Assembly (NCBI RefSeq): GCF_001898825.1
Contig: NZ_MKVK01000051.1
Source: Magnetospirillum sp. 64-120
GTDB taxonomy: Bacteria; Pseudomonadota; Alphaproteobacteria; Rhodospirillales; Magnetospirillaceae
Reading direction: 5' to 3' (one strand)
Length of the DNA stretch: 64,000 nt
The stretch's first letter is position 1. Each line of letters starts with the position of its first letter. A program made the translations under genes and the position numbers. The notes beneath the pieces were generated by a model that saw nothing but the letters and a program-made list of their open reading frames with translations, was not told where the DNA came from and did not search any database. Shown piece by piece: positions 62,654 to 64,000 of the stretch.

Positions 62654-63690
62654 CCTGGAAAGCCGTCCTGCTGGCGCTGGCGCTGGGTTCGGTGGGCGGT
62701 ACGGTGTTCTTCATGGCCGACCTGCCGCTGCCTTGGATGTTGGGATCCATGAGCACCTGCATCCTGGCTGCCCTGGCCGGGGCCAAGCCCGCCATGTCGT
62801 CCTCTCTGCGCTCGGTGATGCTGGCGGTGCTGGGGGTGATGTTGGGCAGTGCCTTCACCCCCGATCTGATCCGCCAGGCCGGGCAATGGGCGCCATCCCT
62901 GATGGCGCTGTTCGTCGCCATGGTCGTGGCCACCGTCCTGGTCATGGCTTATTTGCGCCGCGTCGGCGGTATGAACGTGCCCACCGCCTATTTTTCCGCC
63001 GCTCCCGGTGGCGTCAACGAGATGGTGATCACCGGTGGCGCCTTGGGCGGCGACGAACGCACCATCGCCATGATCCATTTCCTGCGCATCTTGCTGATCG
63101 TCTTCACCATCCCCTTCGGTTTCCGCGTGATGACCGGAATTCACGGCGTGCCCATGAGTTCTTCCATGGGATCGTTGATGGACATCCCGCTGCTGGATGC
63201 CGCCATGCTGTTGGCCTGCGCCGCTGGCGGCGCCCTGGCGGCCCGTCTGGCCCGCTTCCCCGCCGCCACCCTGACCGGCCCCATGGCCGCGTCATCAGTG
63301 GTCCACATCCTGGGGCTGACCGCATCCCACCCGCCGGCCGAACTGGTCATCGCCGCCCAGGTGGTCACCGGGGCCGGACTGGGCTGTCGCATGGTGGGGC
63401 TAAGCTGGCGCCATCTGCTGCAGGCCGTTCGCATCGCCCTGGGATCAACCATGATCCTGATCATTATCAGCACCGGTTTGGCCGGACTTTTGGCCTGGTT
63501 GACGTCCTTGCCGTTTTCCATGCTGCTGCTGGCCTTCGTTCCCGGCGGCATCGCCGAGATGTGTCTGATCGCCCTGGCCCTGGGGCAGGACGTGGCCTTT
63601 GTCTCGACACATCACGTGCTGCGCGTCATCCTGGTGATCGCCTGCGCCCCCATGGCATTCCGACTGTTCAAACCATGGTTCGAACGATGA
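62650..63690 (+). CDS. AbrB-family (duplicated AbrB-like domain, 'putative ammonia monooxygenase') membrane protein
   Basis: 346 aa with about 10 TM spans. It has an internal duplication (…[10 protein letters not shown]… / …[11 protein letters not shown]…). The GTG start overlaps the nadK stop (GTGA). Confidence 0.75.
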   Translation: MTWKAVLLALALGSVGGTVFFMADLPLPWMLGSMSTCILAALAGAKPAMSSSLRSVMLAVLGVMLGSAFTPDLIRQAGQWAPSLMALFVAMVVATVLVMAYLRRVGGMNVPTAYFSAAPGGVNEMVITGGALGGDERTIAMIHFLRILLIVFTIPFGFRVMTGIHGVPMSSSMGSLMDIPLLDAAMLLACAAGGALAARLARFPAATLTGPMAASSVVHILGLTASHPPAELVIAAQVVTGAGLGCRMVGLSWRHLLQAVRIALGSTMILIIISTGLAGLLAWLTSLPFSMLLLAFVPGGIAEMCLIALALGQDVAFVSTHHVLRVILVIACAPMAFRLFKPWFER

Positions 63691-64000
63691 AATCCATTTC
63701 CGCCAAAGACTTGCTTGATCTTAGCGTCCAAGCCCGGGCCGCCCCGCGTCTGCGTCGGAACCTGAACCTGCATGACCGGCTTGACGACCCGGTGCAACGC
63801 CTGTGCAACGCCCTGGAACCGCGCAGCTATGTGCGTCCCCACCGCCATCCCGACGGGGTGTGGGAATGTTTCGTCCTGCTGCACGGCGCCTGCGTCATCC
63901 TGGTGTTCGACGACCAGGGTCGGGTCAGCGACCGGCTGGAACTGTCGCCAGAGGGCGCCACCATCGCCGAAATCCCCGCCGGGTCCTGGCATGGCGTAGT
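63687..64000 (+). CDS. WbuC-family cupin-fold protein (3' end outside window)
   Basis: Not in the ORF track because there is no stop in the window. My own translation from ATG 63687 (ATGA overlap) is [80 protein letters not shown].... Confidence 0.7.
   Translation, partial: MKSISAKDLLDLSVQARAAPRLRRNLNLHDRLDDPVQRLCNALEPRSYVRPHRHPDGVWECFVLLHGACVILVFDDQGRVSDRLELSPEGATIAEIPAGSWHGV

Noticed and set aside
1-64000. Search for CRISPR arrays, tRNA/rRNA genes, transposases, integrases, toxin-antitoxin or other defence genes
   Set aside because: I saw no regularly spaced repeats, no cloverleaf-like or rRNA-like segments in the intergenic regions, and no ORF with DDE, tyrosine- or serine-recombinase, nuclease or helicase motifs. 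The window appears to be purely metabolic and glycan-related.

Overview
High-GC bacterial chromosomal segment (about 39/60 GC in a hand-counted backbone sample). The housekeeping anchors purH, htpX, rsmB, moaA and nadK look alphaproteobacterial, but that is inference only. Roughly 85% of the window is cell-surface glycan biosynthesis. (1) 1-44.7 kb is a mosaic glycan island. It is built around a translationally coupled, legionaminic-acid-type nonulosonate operon (extended SDR, DegT aminotransferase, NeuC, CBS-nucleotidyltransferase, NeuB, and further downstream NeuA plus a Gfo/Idh/MocA-SDR pair). Around this core sit four SAM methyltransferases, a FemAB/GNAT-like enzyme, an MBOAT/DltD-like O-acylation pair, a sulfotransferase, two GT-C membrane enzymes, an MsbA/PglK-type ABC exporter and three nucleotide-sugar dehydrogenases. 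There are also four cytidylyltransferase-family domains (one fused to a GT2), three large unassignable proteins, and an unusual block of HpcH aldolase, KdsB-like, DHQS-like and 2-hydroxyacid dehydrogenase genes. The island carries clear decay scars: a frameshifted, internally deleted neuB-like pseudogene with a duplicated 5' end, and a 64-codon C-terminal fragment of a paralog. (2) purH (44.8-46.3 kb). (3) 46.4-57.0 kb is an LPS-core/O-antigen style cluster: GT4 x4, GT2, GT9, CE4 deacetylase, AsnB-like amidotransferase, TviB/WbpO-like dehydrogenase and one collapsed GT4 remnant. (4) 57.2-64 kb holds htpX, rsmB, an O-antigen-ligase-like gene, moaA, nadK, an AbrB-family membrane protein and a partial WbuC-like cupin. 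I saw no rRNA, tRNA, CRISPR array, transposase or integrase. All family assignments come from motif reading of the translations, and no database search was possible.
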